64,000 nucleotides of DNA from assembly GCA_017482195.1 (NCBI GenBank), contig JAFUNM010000006.1, positions 1,184 to 65,183 on the forward strand, given 5' to 3'. Below, one piece after another: positions 46,922 to 55,458 of the stretch (its first letter is position 1; every line of letters begins with the position of its first letter). The stretch is from Clostridia bacterium. Lineage in GTDB: Bacteria > Bacillota > Clostridia > Oscillospirales > QAKW01. Made by a program: the position numbers and the translations under genes. Under the pieces are notes generated by a model, which saw nothing but the letters and a program-made list of their open reading frames with translations, had not been told where the DNA came from and made no database searches.

Positions 46922-48036
46922 ACGCAATCAAAAATGTAAGAATCGTTAGAGACGGAAAGGTTTTGCCGGAAAGCGTATTTCTTTATGAAGGCGACCGGAT
47001 CATCGGCGTTTCCCATGAGATTCCCGCGGGGGCCAAGATCACTGACGGCGGCGGATTGTATCTCTCTGCCGGCTTGATCGACCAGCATATTCATGGCTAC
47101 GCCGGAGAAGACACCATGACCCATTCCCCCGCCAAAGCGGCGGAGGAACTTGTAAAAAACGGTGTTACCGCCTTTTTGCCTACCACCATGACCATGGATA
47201 AGGAAACCATTGCCGCCGCCATGGAGCGCATCCGCACCTGCATGAGCGGCACCAAGGGTGCTCGAGTCATCGGTTGTCATATGGAAGGACCCTTTATCCA
47301 TCCCGCCAAGAAAGGTGCCCAGAACGGGGACTATATCGTTGCGCCCGCCATAGAGATGGTGGAGCCCTTTGAAGATGTTATTAAGATCGTCACCTATGCC
47401 CCCGAGCAGGATGAGGGTCATGCCTTCGCCAAAGTGCTGAGCGCCAAGGGCATCGTTCCCTCGGTGGGGCATACCACCGCAAACTATGACACCGCCAAAG
47501 GCGCCTATGAAGCCGGTGCCAAAAGCACCACCCATTTCTTCAACGCCATGCCTCCGCTCCATCATCGGGATCCTGCGGTTATCGGCGCAGCGCTGGAGGG
47601 GGATGCCTATATCGAGCTGATTGCCGATACCATCCATGTGAACCCTCACCTCTTCCCTATTCTCACCCGCTTGAAGAAAGAGCGGCTCTGCCTCATTACC
47701 GACTGCATGGAGGCAGGCGGCTTGCCCGACGGACGCTACGCCCTGGGCGGTCAGCCGGTGGAAGTGAAAGATCGGCAGGCACGGCTGCTGGACGGAACCC
47801 TCGCCGGTTCGGTGCTGAAACTCAACGAGGGTGTTCGCAATATGGCAACCTACGGAGAGGTGACACTCCCCGAAGCACTGATGATGGCAACTGAAAATCC
47901 CGCCCGTCTTTTAGGGATCGGCGATCAAATGGGCACTTTACTGCCCGGCACCCTGGCAGACTTCATCCTGCTGGATGAGGCATGCAATATCCGCGCCACC
48001 TTTATCGGCGGAGAATGTGTGTGGTGCAACGAATGA
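46918..48036 (+). CDS. nagA: N-acetylglucosamine-6-phosphate deacetylase
   Basis: GLIDQHIHGYAG, HMEGPF, TTHFFNAM, ITDCMEA. Confidence 0.9.
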   Translation: MNAIKNVRIVRDGKVLPESVFLYEGDRIIGVSHEIPAGAKITDGGGLYLSAGLIDQHIHGYAGEDTMTHSPAKAAEELVKNGVTAFLPTTMTMDKETIAAAMERIRTCMSGTKGARVIGCHMEGPFIHPAKKGAQNGDYIVAPAIEMVEPFEDVIKIVTYAPEQDEGHAFAKVLSAKGIVPSVGHTTANYDTAKGAYEAGAKSTTHFFNAMPPLHHRDPAVIGAALEGDAYIELIADTIHVNPHLFPILTRLKKERLCLITDCMEAGGLPDGRYALGGQPVEVKDRQARLLDGTLAGSVLKLNEGVRNMATYGEVTLPEALMMATENPARLLGIGDQMGTLLPGTLADFILLDEACNIRATFIGGECVWCNE

Positions 48037-48494
48037 AAAGAATTGCCAGTTTTACCGTAAACCATGACATTTTAGAGCCCGGCATGTATCTCTCCCGTAT
48101 CGACGGCGACGCAGTGACCTATGACATCCGGATGAAGAAACCCAACGGCGGTGTTTATTTAGAGAACGCCGCCATGCATACCATCGAGCATCTTTTTGCC
48201 ACCTATGCCCGCAATTCCGCCAATCAGGATCAGATCCTTTATGTGGGACCCATGGGCTGCCGCACCGGATTCTATCTTTTAGTGCGGGATCAGATATCCC
48301 ATCAGGATGCCATCGAGCTGGTGCGGCAGGCGATGGAGTTTACCGCCTCTTTCGAGGGAGAGATTCCCGGCACCAACAGGATCGAATGCGGCAACTATTT
48401 GGAGCATGATCTTGCGGGCGCAAAAAAAGAGGCCGCCGCCATGGCAGCCATCCTCAAAGAATGGACGCCTGCCATGCTGCAATATAAAGAATAG
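48033..48494 (+). CDS. luxS: S-ribosylhomocysteine lyase
   Basis: FTVNHDILEPGMY, HTIEHLFA (HxxEH) and GPMGCRTGFYL. ATGA overlap with nagA. Confidence 0.93.
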   Translation: MKRIASFTVNHDILEPGMYLSRIDGDAVTYDIRMKKPNGGVYLENAAMHTIEHLFATYARNSANQDQILYVGPMGCRTGFYLLVRDQISHQDAIELVRQAMEFTASFEGEIPGTNRIECGNYLEHDLAGAKKEAAAMAAILKEWTPAMLQYKE

Positions 48495-48533
48495 TTTTTT
48501 GCATTAAATATTTAGAAAAAGGAAAGAAGATGA

Positions 48534-49940
48534 ATGGGGTTTATCATTAAAATCATTTCTGCTGTTTATAACTTTTTATGGGGCGACCTGATCACCATCC
48601 CCCTCCCCGGGGGCAATGCATTGGGTCTGCCTCTTTTAGTTCTTCTGCTGATCCCGGCGGGGATCTATTTTACCATTCGCACCAGAGTGCTGCCGATCCG
48701 GCTCTTTCCCGAGATGCTGAAGGTCTCCATGGAAAAAGGGCAAAAAGAGTCCGGCGCTATCTCCGGCTGGCAATCGCTGATCGTTTCCACCGCCACCCGA
48801 GTGGGCATGGGCAATCTGGTGGGTGTGGTTGCCGCCATTTCCGCCGGCGGTGCCGGCGCGGTATTCTGGATGTGGATCACAGCCCTCATCGGTTCCGCCA
48901 CCGCCTTTATTGAAGCCACTTTGGCGCAAATACATAAAGAAGAGGATCCCCTCTACGGCGGATACCGGGGCGGTCCGGCATACTATATTCAAGATTTTGC
49001 CAAAAAGAAATTGAAGACCCCCTTTAAAAAATCCATTCTTGCCATCCTTTTTGCTGCGTCGGGTCTGATCTGCTGGTGCGGAATCAGCCAAGTCATCGGA
49101 AACTCGGTGTCTGAAGCATTTATGAATTCCTTTGATATCCCGGCGCTGTATACCTCTATCATCGTAACAGCCCTTGCCGCTATTATCGTGCTCCGCAAGA
49201 ATACAACGGTGAAGGTGCTGGATATCATGGTGCCCATCATGGCTGCCCTCTATTTCTGCTTCACCCTCTTTATCATCTTTAAGAATATCGGTCAGTTACC
49301 CGATGTGTTCAGCCGTATCTTCACCGAAGCATTCGGTATCCGCCAGATTGCGGCAGGCGGCTTCGGCGCGGTTTTGATGAACGGTGTAAAACGCGGACTC
49401 TTCTCCAACGAGGCAGGCAGCGGCTCCGCCCCTTGCGCGGCGGCTGCCGCCGAGACCGACCATCCGGTGAAGATCGGTCTTCTGCAGGCGCTGGGTGTTT
49501 TTATCGATACCATTGTGATCTGCAGCTGCACCGCCTTTATCATGCTGTTGGTACCTGCTGAAAAGCTGGAAGGGCTCTCCGGTCTTGCTCTGCTGCAAAC
49601 TTCCATGGAGCACCATCTGGGTGCCTTTGGCTCCGTCTTTGTGGCGATCATTCTGTTTTTGTTCAGTTTTTCCACCTTTATCGGCGTACTGTATTATGCC
49701 CGCTCCAATGTGGCATTCCTTTTCGGCGATAACCGCATCAGCCAGACAGTCTATAAGATCCTTGCACTGATCATGCTCTTTATCGGCGGACTTGCTGCCT
49801 ATACCTTTGTGTGGGAGTTGGGCGATGTAGGCATCGGTCTGATGACTATTGTGAATCTGGCAATCATTATTCCCGGCTGCAAACCGGCGCTCACCGCTTT
49901 AAAGGATTACGAAGCAATTCGCAAGCAAGAAAGAAACTGA
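48534..49940 (+). CDS. Alanine/glycine:cation symporter (AGCS family)
   Basis: GGAGAVFWMWITALIGSATAFIEATLAQ, FSNEAGSGSAP. About 11 TM segments. Confidence 0.88.
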   Translation: MGFIIKIISAVYNFLWGDLITIPLPGGNALGLPLLVLLLIPAGIYFTIRTRVLPIRLFPEMLKVSMEKGQKESGAISGWQSLIVSTATRVGMGNLVGVVAAISAGGAGAVFWMWITALIGSATAFIEATLAQIHKEEDPLYGGYRGGPAYYIQDFAKKKLKTPFKKSILAILFAASGLICWCGISQVIGNSVSEAFMNSFDIPALYTSIIVTALAAIIVLRKNTTVKVLDIMVPIMAALYFCFTLFIIFKNIGQLPDVFSRIFTEAFGIRQIAAGGFGAVLMNGVKRGLFSNEAGSGSAPCAAAAAETDHPVKIGLLQALGVFIDTIVICSCTAFIMLLVPAEKLEGLSGLALLQTSMEHHLGAFGSVFVAIILFLFSFSTFIGVLYYARSNVAFLFGDNRISQTVYKILALIMLFIGGLAAYTFVWELGDVGIGLMTIVNLAIIIPGCKPALTALKDYEAIRKQERN

Positions 49941-49947
49941 AAATAAG

Positions 49948-49979
49948 AAAACCGTTCCCTGTTTGGGGAGCGGTTTTTT
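49948..49979 (+). terminator. AGCS gene terminator
   Basis: AAAACCGTTCCC tgtttg GGGAGCGGTTTT followed by TTC. Confidence 0.8.
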
Positions 49980-50012
49980 CGGGTGTTTTCGCAGATTTTC
50001 GCCGAAAAAGGC

Positions 50013-50041
50013 TTGAAAGTTGAAAAAAGATGCTATATAAT
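50013..50041 (+). promoter_or_regulatory. Promoter of the NifU-like/GGGtGRT pair
   Basis: TTGAAA, a 17-nt spacer, then TATAAT. Confidence 0.65.
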
Positions 50042-50087
50042 AAAAGCGTATGTGCAAATAGCATAATTTTTGGAAGGAGAATCAATC

Positions 50088-50780
50088 ATGAACTACTCAC
50101 ATGAGGTTGAAAGTATGTGCGTAGTAGCCAAGGGTCCCCATCATGGTCCCGCTCCCATTCCCGAAGAGGGAAAATGGGTAAAGGCTACCCAGATCAGCGA
50201 TATCAGCGGTCTTTCCCACGGTATCGGCTGGTGCGCACCCCAGCAGGGCTGCTGCAAGCTGACCCTGAATGTTAAGGAAGGCATCATCGAAGAGGCTCTG
50301 GTAGAGACCCTGGGCTGCTCCGGTATGACCCACTCTGCTGCTATGGCTGCTGAGATCCTTCAGGGCAAGACCCTGTTGGAAGCTCTGAATACCGACCTGG
50401 TCTGCGATGCCATTAATGTGGCAATGCGCGAGATCTTCAAGCAGTTGGTATACGGCCGCACTCAGACCGCCTTCTCCGAGAACGGTCTCCCTATCGGCGC
50501 CTCTCTGGAGGACCTGGGCAAGGGCTTACGTTCCCAGATCGGTACCATGTTTGCTACCAAGGTAAAGGGCGTTCGTTACATGGAAATGGCAGAAGGTTAC
50601 ATTCTGAAAGTAGCTCTGGATGCCAACAATGAGTGCATTGGTTATCAGTTTGTTCACCTGGGCAAGATGATGGATATGATCCGCAAGGGCGCCGACCCCA
50701 AGGATGCTTACGAGAAGAATGTGGGCACCTACGGTCGTTTCGATGAAGCGGTCAAATACATCGATCCCAGAGAAGAATAA
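50088..50780 (+). CDS. NifU/IscU-N-like Fe-S scaffold domain protein with C-terminal extension
   Basis: GLSHGIGWCAPQQGCCKLTLNVKEGIIEEALVETLGCSGMTHSAAMAAEILQGKTLLEAL follows the IscU pattern (G..C..C.L.L.V....I..A.F...GC....AS.S...E...GK...EA). ATG 50088 follows GGAAGGAGA. Confidence 0.65.
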   Translation: MNYSHEVESMCVVAKGPHHGPAPIPEEGKWVKATQISDISGLSHGIGWCAPQQGCCKLTLNVKEGIIEEALVETLGCSGMTHSAAMAAEILQGKTLLEALNTDLVCDAINVAMREIFKQLVYGRTQTAFSENGLPIGASLEDLGKGLRSQIGTMFATKVKGVRYMEMAEGYILKVALDANNECIGYQFVHLGKMMDMIRKGADPKDAYEKNVGTYGRFDEAVKYIDPREE

Positions 50781-50797
50781 GGAAGGAGGAATATTCA

Positions 50798-51796
50798 ATG
50801 GCTACTTTTGAAGGTTATGAGAGAAGAATCGGCAAGATCCAGCCCGTATTGGAGCAGTATGGCTTCGCTACCCTGGATGAGGCAAATGAGTATTGTTTGT
50901 CCAAGGGCATTGATGTTGCCTCCATCGTAAAAGGCGTTCAGCCCATCGCGTTTGAGAATGCTTGCTGGGCATACACCCTGGGTGTTGCCATCGCGCTGAA
51001 GAACGGCGATAAGTCCGCTCCCGACGCAGCAAGAGACATCGGTATCGGTCTGCAGGCGTTCTGCATCCCCGGTTCCGTTGCTGAGACCAGAAGCGTAGGC
51101 TTGGGTCACGGTAATCTGGCTGCTATGCTGCTGGAAGAAGAGACCAAATGTTTCTGCTTCCTGGCAGGTCATGAGTCCTTCGCTGCTGCGGAAGGCGCCA
51201 TCGGTATTGCCAGAACCGCCAATAAGGCTCGTAAGGAGCCCCTGCAGGTCATCCTGAACGGTCTGGGCAAGGATGCTGCTTACATCATCTCCAGAATCAA
51301 CGGTTTCACCTATGTAGAGACCGATTATGATTTCTACACCGGTGACCTGAAGATCGTCAACACCACCGCTTATTCCGACGGTGACAAGGCAAAGGTTCGC
51401 TGCTACGGTGCAAATGATGTTTCCGAGGGCGTTGCAATTATGAAGCATGAGCACGTGGATGTATCCATCACCGGTAACTCCACCAACCCCACCCGCTTCC
51501 AGCACCCCGTTGCCGGCACCTATAAGAAATGGTGCGGCGAGAACGATAAGAAGTACTTCTCCGTTGCTTCCGGCGGCGGTACCGGCAGAACCCTGCACCC
51601 CGACAATATGGCTGCAGGCCCCGCTTCCTACGGTCTGACCGATACCATGGGCAGAATGCACGGTGACGCACAGTTCGCCGGCTCTTCTTCCGTTCCTGCT
51701 CACGTTGAAATGATGGGTCTCATCGGCGCTGGTAATAACCCCATGGTCGGTATGACTGTGGCTTGTGCTGTTGCTGTTATGGAAGCCCTGAAGTAA
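50798..51796 (+). CDS. GGGtGRT-family protein (function unknown)
   Basis: Contains the eponymous motif in ...YFSVASGGGTGRTLHPDN.... 332 aa, which I recall as typical for this family. AAGGAGG RBS. Confidence 0.8.
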   Translation: MATFEGYERRIGKIQPVLEQYGFATLDEANEYCLSKGIDVASIVKGVQPIAFENACWAYTLGVAIALKNGDKSAPDAARDIGIGLQAFCIPGSVAETRSVGLGHGNLAAMLLEEETKCFCFLAGHESFAAAEGAIGIARTANKARKEPLQVILNGLGKDAAYIISRINGFTYVETDYDFYTGDLKIVNTTAYSDGDKAKVRCYGANDVSEGVAIMKHEHVDVSITGNSTNPTRFQHPVAGTYKKWCGENDKKYFSVASGGGTGRTLHPDNMAAGPASYGLTDTMGRMHGDAQFAGSSSVPAHVEMMGLIGAGNNPMVGMTVACAVAVMEALK

Positions 51797-51815
51797 GTTT
51801 TTACTTGAAACATTT

Positions 51816-51852
51816 TAAAAACCTCTTTGGCAACCGCCAAAGAGGTTTTTTT
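51816..51852 (+). terminator. Terminator after the GGGtGRT gene
   Basis: AAAAACCTCTTTGGC aacc GCCAAAGAGGTTTTT followed by TTTC. Confidence 0.85.
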
Positions 51853-51864
51853 CGGAGAGATAAA

Positions 51865-52257
51865 ATGAATAAAAAAATTGAAGAAGCAATGAAATTGCAT
51901 GATATGGGTTTCAACTGTGCCCAGGCGGTGGCAATTCCTTTTTGCGAGGAACTGGGCGTAGACCGCAAGACTGCTATGATGGCAATGGAGGGCTTTGGTG
52001 CCGGCATGGGCGGAAGAACCCAGACCTGCGGTGCCCTTTCGGGCGTAATCTTTCTGGCAGGTCTTAAGAACAGCGACGGCAATTTAGAAGTCCCCACCTC
52101 CAAGAAGAACACCTACGCCATCTGCGCGGACCTTTGCAAAAAATTTGAAGCCGAATGCGGCTCCACCGTTTGCCAAGAGATCAAGAGCCTCAATAAGCGC
52201 TCCTGCAATGAGTGCATCGGCGATGGCATTGCCTTGGCGGAAGAACTCTTGAAGTAA
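51865..52257 (+). CDS. C_GCAxxG_C_C-family putative redox-active protein
   Basis: GFNCAQAV ... GGRTQTCGALSGVIFLAG ... ECGSTVCQEI ... RSCNECI. ATG 51865 follows GGAGAGA. Confidence 0.65.
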   Translation: MNKKIEEAMKLHDMGFNCAQAVAIPFCEELGVDRKTAMMAMEGFGAGMGGRTQTCGALSGVIFLAGLKNSDGNLEVPTSKKNTYAICADLCKKFEAECGSTVCQEIKSLNKRSCNECIGDGIALAEELLK

Positions 52258-52258
52258 A

Positions 52259-52534
52259 ATGAACACCTTTCTCAAATTAGAAAAACTGACTGCCCTTGCC
52301 AAAGGCGATGAGAACCTGCGCCGCGCATTATTGGCAACCGCGAAAACTGAAGAGCCTCTTTGGACATTTTGCAAAATCGCCCAAGAAGCAGGCATCGACC
52401 TCTTCCCGGGGGAGCTTTTTGCCATCGGGCAGGAATATTCCGACAACCAATGCAAAAGCACCAACGGCGGAAATCCCTCCCCTTACTCTGCCTTTGACGA
52501 TGCTTATGAGAATTTCATCGAATCGTTGAGATAG
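52259..52534 (+). CDS. Small Nif11-domain protein (leader-peptide-like, with internal Gly-Gly)
   Basis: LEKLTALAKGDENLRRALLATAKTEEPLWTFCKIAQEAGIDLFPGEL fits the Nif11 N-terminal domain pattern, followed by ...QCKSTNGG|NPSPYSAFDDAYENFIESLR. The ATG lies 1 nt after the stop of the upstream gene. Confidence 0.55.
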   Translation: MNTFLKLEKLTALAKGDENLRRALLATAKTEEPLWTFCKIAQEAGIDLFPGELFAIGQEYSDNQCKSTNGGNPSPYSAFDDAYENFIESLR

Positions 52535-52553
52535 TGTAAATTTACACCGATAG

Positions 52554-52582
52554 AAACGCCTCTTTTGAGGCGTTTTTCTTTT
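52554..52582 (+). terminator. Terminator after the Nif11-like ORF
   Basis: AAACGCCTC tttt GAGGCGTTT followed by TTCTTTT. Confidence 0.85.
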
Positions 52583-52600
52583 ATTTGCATAAGATAGAAT

Positions 52601-53236
52601 ATGAAACTATCACAACTTTTTGAACGGTGCCTAAGTGTGCCATATATACGGATCGAAGGCGATATTGACTATGCCACCGAGCGCTTGGGGCAGACCTTAC
52701 ACATCTATTTCGAAGCCTCCAACGGCACCACCGATTGGGAGAATAATTTAGACTTTCCTGCCAAGCCCTACGGGCGGATGAATGATGCGATCTGGTTTGC
52801 CCATCGGGGGTTCTTGAAGGTCTGGAAAGCGGTAGAGGATCGCATTGCAGCGGAAATTCAAGACCGCCGGATCCGGCGAATCATCACCGTCGGTTACTCT
52901 CACGGAGCGGCACTGGCGATCCTCTGCCATGAATACATCTGGTTTCACCGCCCGGATCTTCGAAACCATATGGAAGGTTACGGCTTCGGCTGTCCGCGGG
53001 TGATATGGGGTATCTTACCGCCTAAGGTCAAGGGGCGATGGGAGCGATTTACGGTGATCCGGAACATGGATGACATTGTGACCCATCTGCCGCCCTTTGC
53101 TTTGGGTTATACCCACGTGGGGCAAATGCTGAAGATCGGGGAAAAAGAAAAATATTCTCCCATCGATGCCCATCGACCGGAAAATGTTTTAACAGAATTA
53201 CGTCACTATGAAATAAACAACGAAATCGCGCAATAA
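52601..53236 (+). CDS. Class-3 lipase family protein
   Basis: HRGFLKVW and nucleophile elbow ITVGYSHGAALA (GxSxG). 211 aa. The 3' end overlaps the convergent LysE gene by 31 nt. Confidence 0.7.
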   Translation: MKLSQLFERCLSVPYIRIEGDIDYATERLGQTLHIYFEASNGTTDWENNLDFPAKPYGRMNDAIWFAHRGFLKVWKAVEDRIAAEIQDRRIRRIITVGYSHGAALAILCHEYIWFHRPDLRNHMEGYGFGCPRVIWGILPPKVKGRWERFTVIRNMDDIVTHLPPFALGYTHVGQMLKIGEKEKYSPIDAHRPENVLTELRHYEINNEIAQ

Positions 53237-53790
53237 ATCAGTAACAAGGCCATCACCGTATTGACAACTTTCGTATGCTTGGAAAACAGCCAACGGAACA
53301 CAGAGCCGAATGCAGACCAAGCCAGTGTAAAAACAAAACCGATCAATGCCAGCAACAGAGCAAAACTCAACAGCACCCCGGTCTGCCCTTGAAAATAAGG
53401 CAAAATATATGCTTCCATCGACATAATACAATAAATATAGATTTTTGGATTGATAAACTGCAGAAAGGCGCCCGCCCAAAAACCATCTTTTTCATTTTTT
53501 GTTTCCAGCTCACCGGAGCTGCGGAAGGTCTCCCACGCCAGATACAGCATATAAGCGGCACCTAATAGCAGCATCGGCAGACGGAGTTTCGGGATCCAGA
53601 CTGCAAGTGCATTGCAAAAAAGGGTACAAAGCACCATCACAACGGAAAAGCCTAGCCAGATTCCAAGATTAAAGGGCAGCGCCCCTCTAAAACCTTTTTT
53701 ACTGCCGTTGGACATGGACATAATATTATTAGGTCCCGGAGTAACGGCGGTGATTACTGCATAGGTAAGAAACGAGATCCAATCAAACAT
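53206..53790 (-). CDS. LysE/RhtB-family amino-acid exporter
   Basis: MFDWISFLTYAVITAVTPGPNN N-terminal signature, 6 TM helices. ATG 53790 follows GAGGAGG. Confidence 0.85.
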   Translation of the reverse strand: MFDWISFLTYAVITAVTPGPNNIMSMSNGSKKGFRGALPFNLGIWLGFSVVMVLCTLFCNALAVWIPKLRLPMLLLGAAYMLYLAWETFRSSGELETKNEKDGFWAGAFLQFINPKIYIYCIMSMEAYILPYFQGQTGVLLSFALLLALIGFVFTLAWSAFGSVFRWLFSKHTKVVNTVMALLLIYCAISLFIS

Positions 53791-53823
53791 ATTTGACAAT
53801 CCTCCTCTGATATGATAAGATAC

Positions 53824-53865
53824 GATTAGTACAATATATTGTATTTCCATTATATTGTACTAATC
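53824..53865. promoter_or_regulatory. Putative operator: 15-bp perfect inverted repeat in the divergent LysE / XRE-cupin intergenic region
   Basis: GATTAGTACAATATA (53824-53838) and TATATTGTACTAATC (53851-53865), separated by 12 nt. The left arm also contains the palindrome TACAATATATTGTA. Confidence 0.55.
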
Positions 53866-53893
53866 ATATAGTATTTTGTCAATAGAGGTTTTT

Positions 53894-54445
53894 ATGGATA
53901 TTACAAATACCATCGCTGCTAATGTGAAAGCCATGCGGGAACAGAAAAAACTGACATTAGATATAGCAGCGGAAGTAACCGGTGTTTCCAGAAGCATGCT
54001 GGCACAGATTGAAAAAGGAGATGTAAATCCCACCATCTCAGTACTCTGGAAGATCGCCAACGGCTACAAGGTCTCTTTCACCGCACTGGTGGAACAGAAA
54101 AAAAGCGGTGTGGACCATATAAAAGGTGCCGACATCCCGCCCCTTACCGAGGATGACGGACGGTACCGCATCTATCCCACCTTCTCCTTTGACGAGCAGA
54201 AACTTTTTGAGGTCTACCGGGTGGAAATTGATCCCCGGGGAGCACTCACTGCCCAACCCCATATGAAAGGTGCCGAGGAATTCATTACAGTATTCTCCGG
54301 CACCGCCGAGATCACTGTTGACGAAAACATCTATCGGCTGAAAGCAGGCGATTCCATCCGTTTCTATGCCGATGTCCCCCATGGATACCGCAATGCAGGG
54401 CTCAGCCCGGTGCAGATGACCATGATGATCTATTACAACAAATAA
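53894..54445 (+). CDS. XRE-family HTH transcriptional regulator with C-terminal cupin domain
   Basis: LTLDIAAEVTGVSRSMLAQIEKGDVNPTISVLWKIA (HTH_3) plus cupin GAEEFITVFSG...GDSIRFYADVPHGYRN. Confidence 0.88.
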   Translation: MDITNTIAANVKAMREQKKLTLDIAAEVTGVSRSMLAQIEKGDVNPTISVLWKIANGYKVSFTALVEQKKSGVDHIKGADIPPLTEDDGRYRIYPTFSFDEQKLFEVYRVEIDPRGALTAQPHMKGAEEFITVFSGTAEITVDENIYRLKAGDSIRFYADVPHGYRNAGLSPVQMTMMIYYNK

Positions 54446-54468
54446 AAAATCCCCGAAGGGGATTTTTT
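54444..54468. terminator. Bidirectional terminator
   Basis: AAAAAATCCCC gaa GGGGATTTTTT between convergent genes. Confidence 0.85.
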
Positions 54469-55414
54469 ATTTTACGACATTTTGCGGTTTGCCCGCCAGA
54501 AAGGTGCGAATATTCTCCGCCACCACCGTCATCAGCCGGTTGCGGGTCTCCAGCCCCGCCCAGGCGATATGGGGCGTAAGGTAGCAATTGGGCGCATCCA
54601 GCAACGGGCAATCGGGGGTCATGGGTTCCTTGCGAAGCACATCAATACCGGCGCCTAAAAGATGGCCGGAATCCAGGGCAACGCGCAAGGCGTTCTCATC
54701 CACCAGTCCGCCCCGGGCGGTATTGATAAAGACCGATCCTTTTTTCATTTTGTCAAATGCTGCGGCATCCATCATCCCTTTGGAATCCTCGTTCAAGGGG
54801 CAATGGAGGGAAACTACATCGGATTCCCTCAAGAGAGTATCCAGATCCGTTTGGGTCACAGTATCATCCTCTACCTTCCTGCGGTTGCAAATCAAAACCC
54901 GCATACCGAAGGCTTTGGCAATGGCTGTCACCCGCCGACCGATGGAGCCATAGCCCACGATTCCGACGGTCTTTCCCGCCAATTCATAAAGAGGAAAGGG
55001 AAAGTAAGAAAAGGTACGGCTTTTGATCCAATCGCCCTCTTTGACTGTTTGGTTATACTCCCCCACCCGATTGAGGATCGCCAACATCAGTGCAACGGCA
55101 TGCTGCGCCACCGCCTCGGTGGAATAACCGGGTGCGTTGCAAACGGTGATGCCATGATCGGCGGCATACGCCACATCGATGTTATTATAGCCGGTGGCAA
55201 ACAGCCCGATATATTTCAGTTTTTTCGCCTTTTGCAGCAGTTCCGCGGTCAGCGGGGTCTTGTTGCAGAGGATCATCTCCGCATCAGCGATCTGCGTTTC
55301 TAAATCGGCAGGCTCGGAAAGACCGCAGACCGTCAGTTCCCCGAATTCCTTTAAAAAATCGGGGGTGACATTGGTATCGAAAACGGTATCGGCATCGGTA
55401 ATTAAGATCTTCAT
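54467..55414 (-). CDS. D-isomer-specific 2-hydroxyacid dehydrogenase (glycerate/hydroxypyruvate reductase-like)
   Basis: GKTVGIVGYGSIGRRV (NAD fold), INTARGGLVDE, PHIAWA (catalytic His). ATG 55414. Confidence 0.88.
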   Translation of the reverse strand: MKILITDADTVFDTNVTPDFLKEFGELTVCGLSEPADLETQIADAEMILCNKTPLTAELLQKAKKLKYIGLFATGYNNIDVAYAADHGITVCNAPGYSTEAVAQHAVALMLAILNRVGEYNQTVKEGDWIKSRTFSYFPFPLYELAGKTVGIVGYGSIGRRVTAIAKAFGMRVLICNRRKVEDDTVTQTDLDTLLRESDVVSLHCPLNEDSKGMMDAAAFDKMKKGSVFINTARGGLVDENALRVALDSGHLLGAGIDVLRKEPMTPDCPLLDAPNCYLTPHIAWAGLETRNRLMTVVAENIRTFLAGKPQNVVK

Positions 55415-55424
55415 AAAAACTCCA

Positions 55425-55456
55425 TAAAAAAGTGCGTGGCAAGCCACGCACTTTTG
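55425..55456 (-). terminator. thrS terminator
   Basis: AAAAGTGCGTGGC aa GCCACGCACTTTT with a T-run on the minus strand. Confidence 0.85.
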
Positions 55457-55458
55457 AT

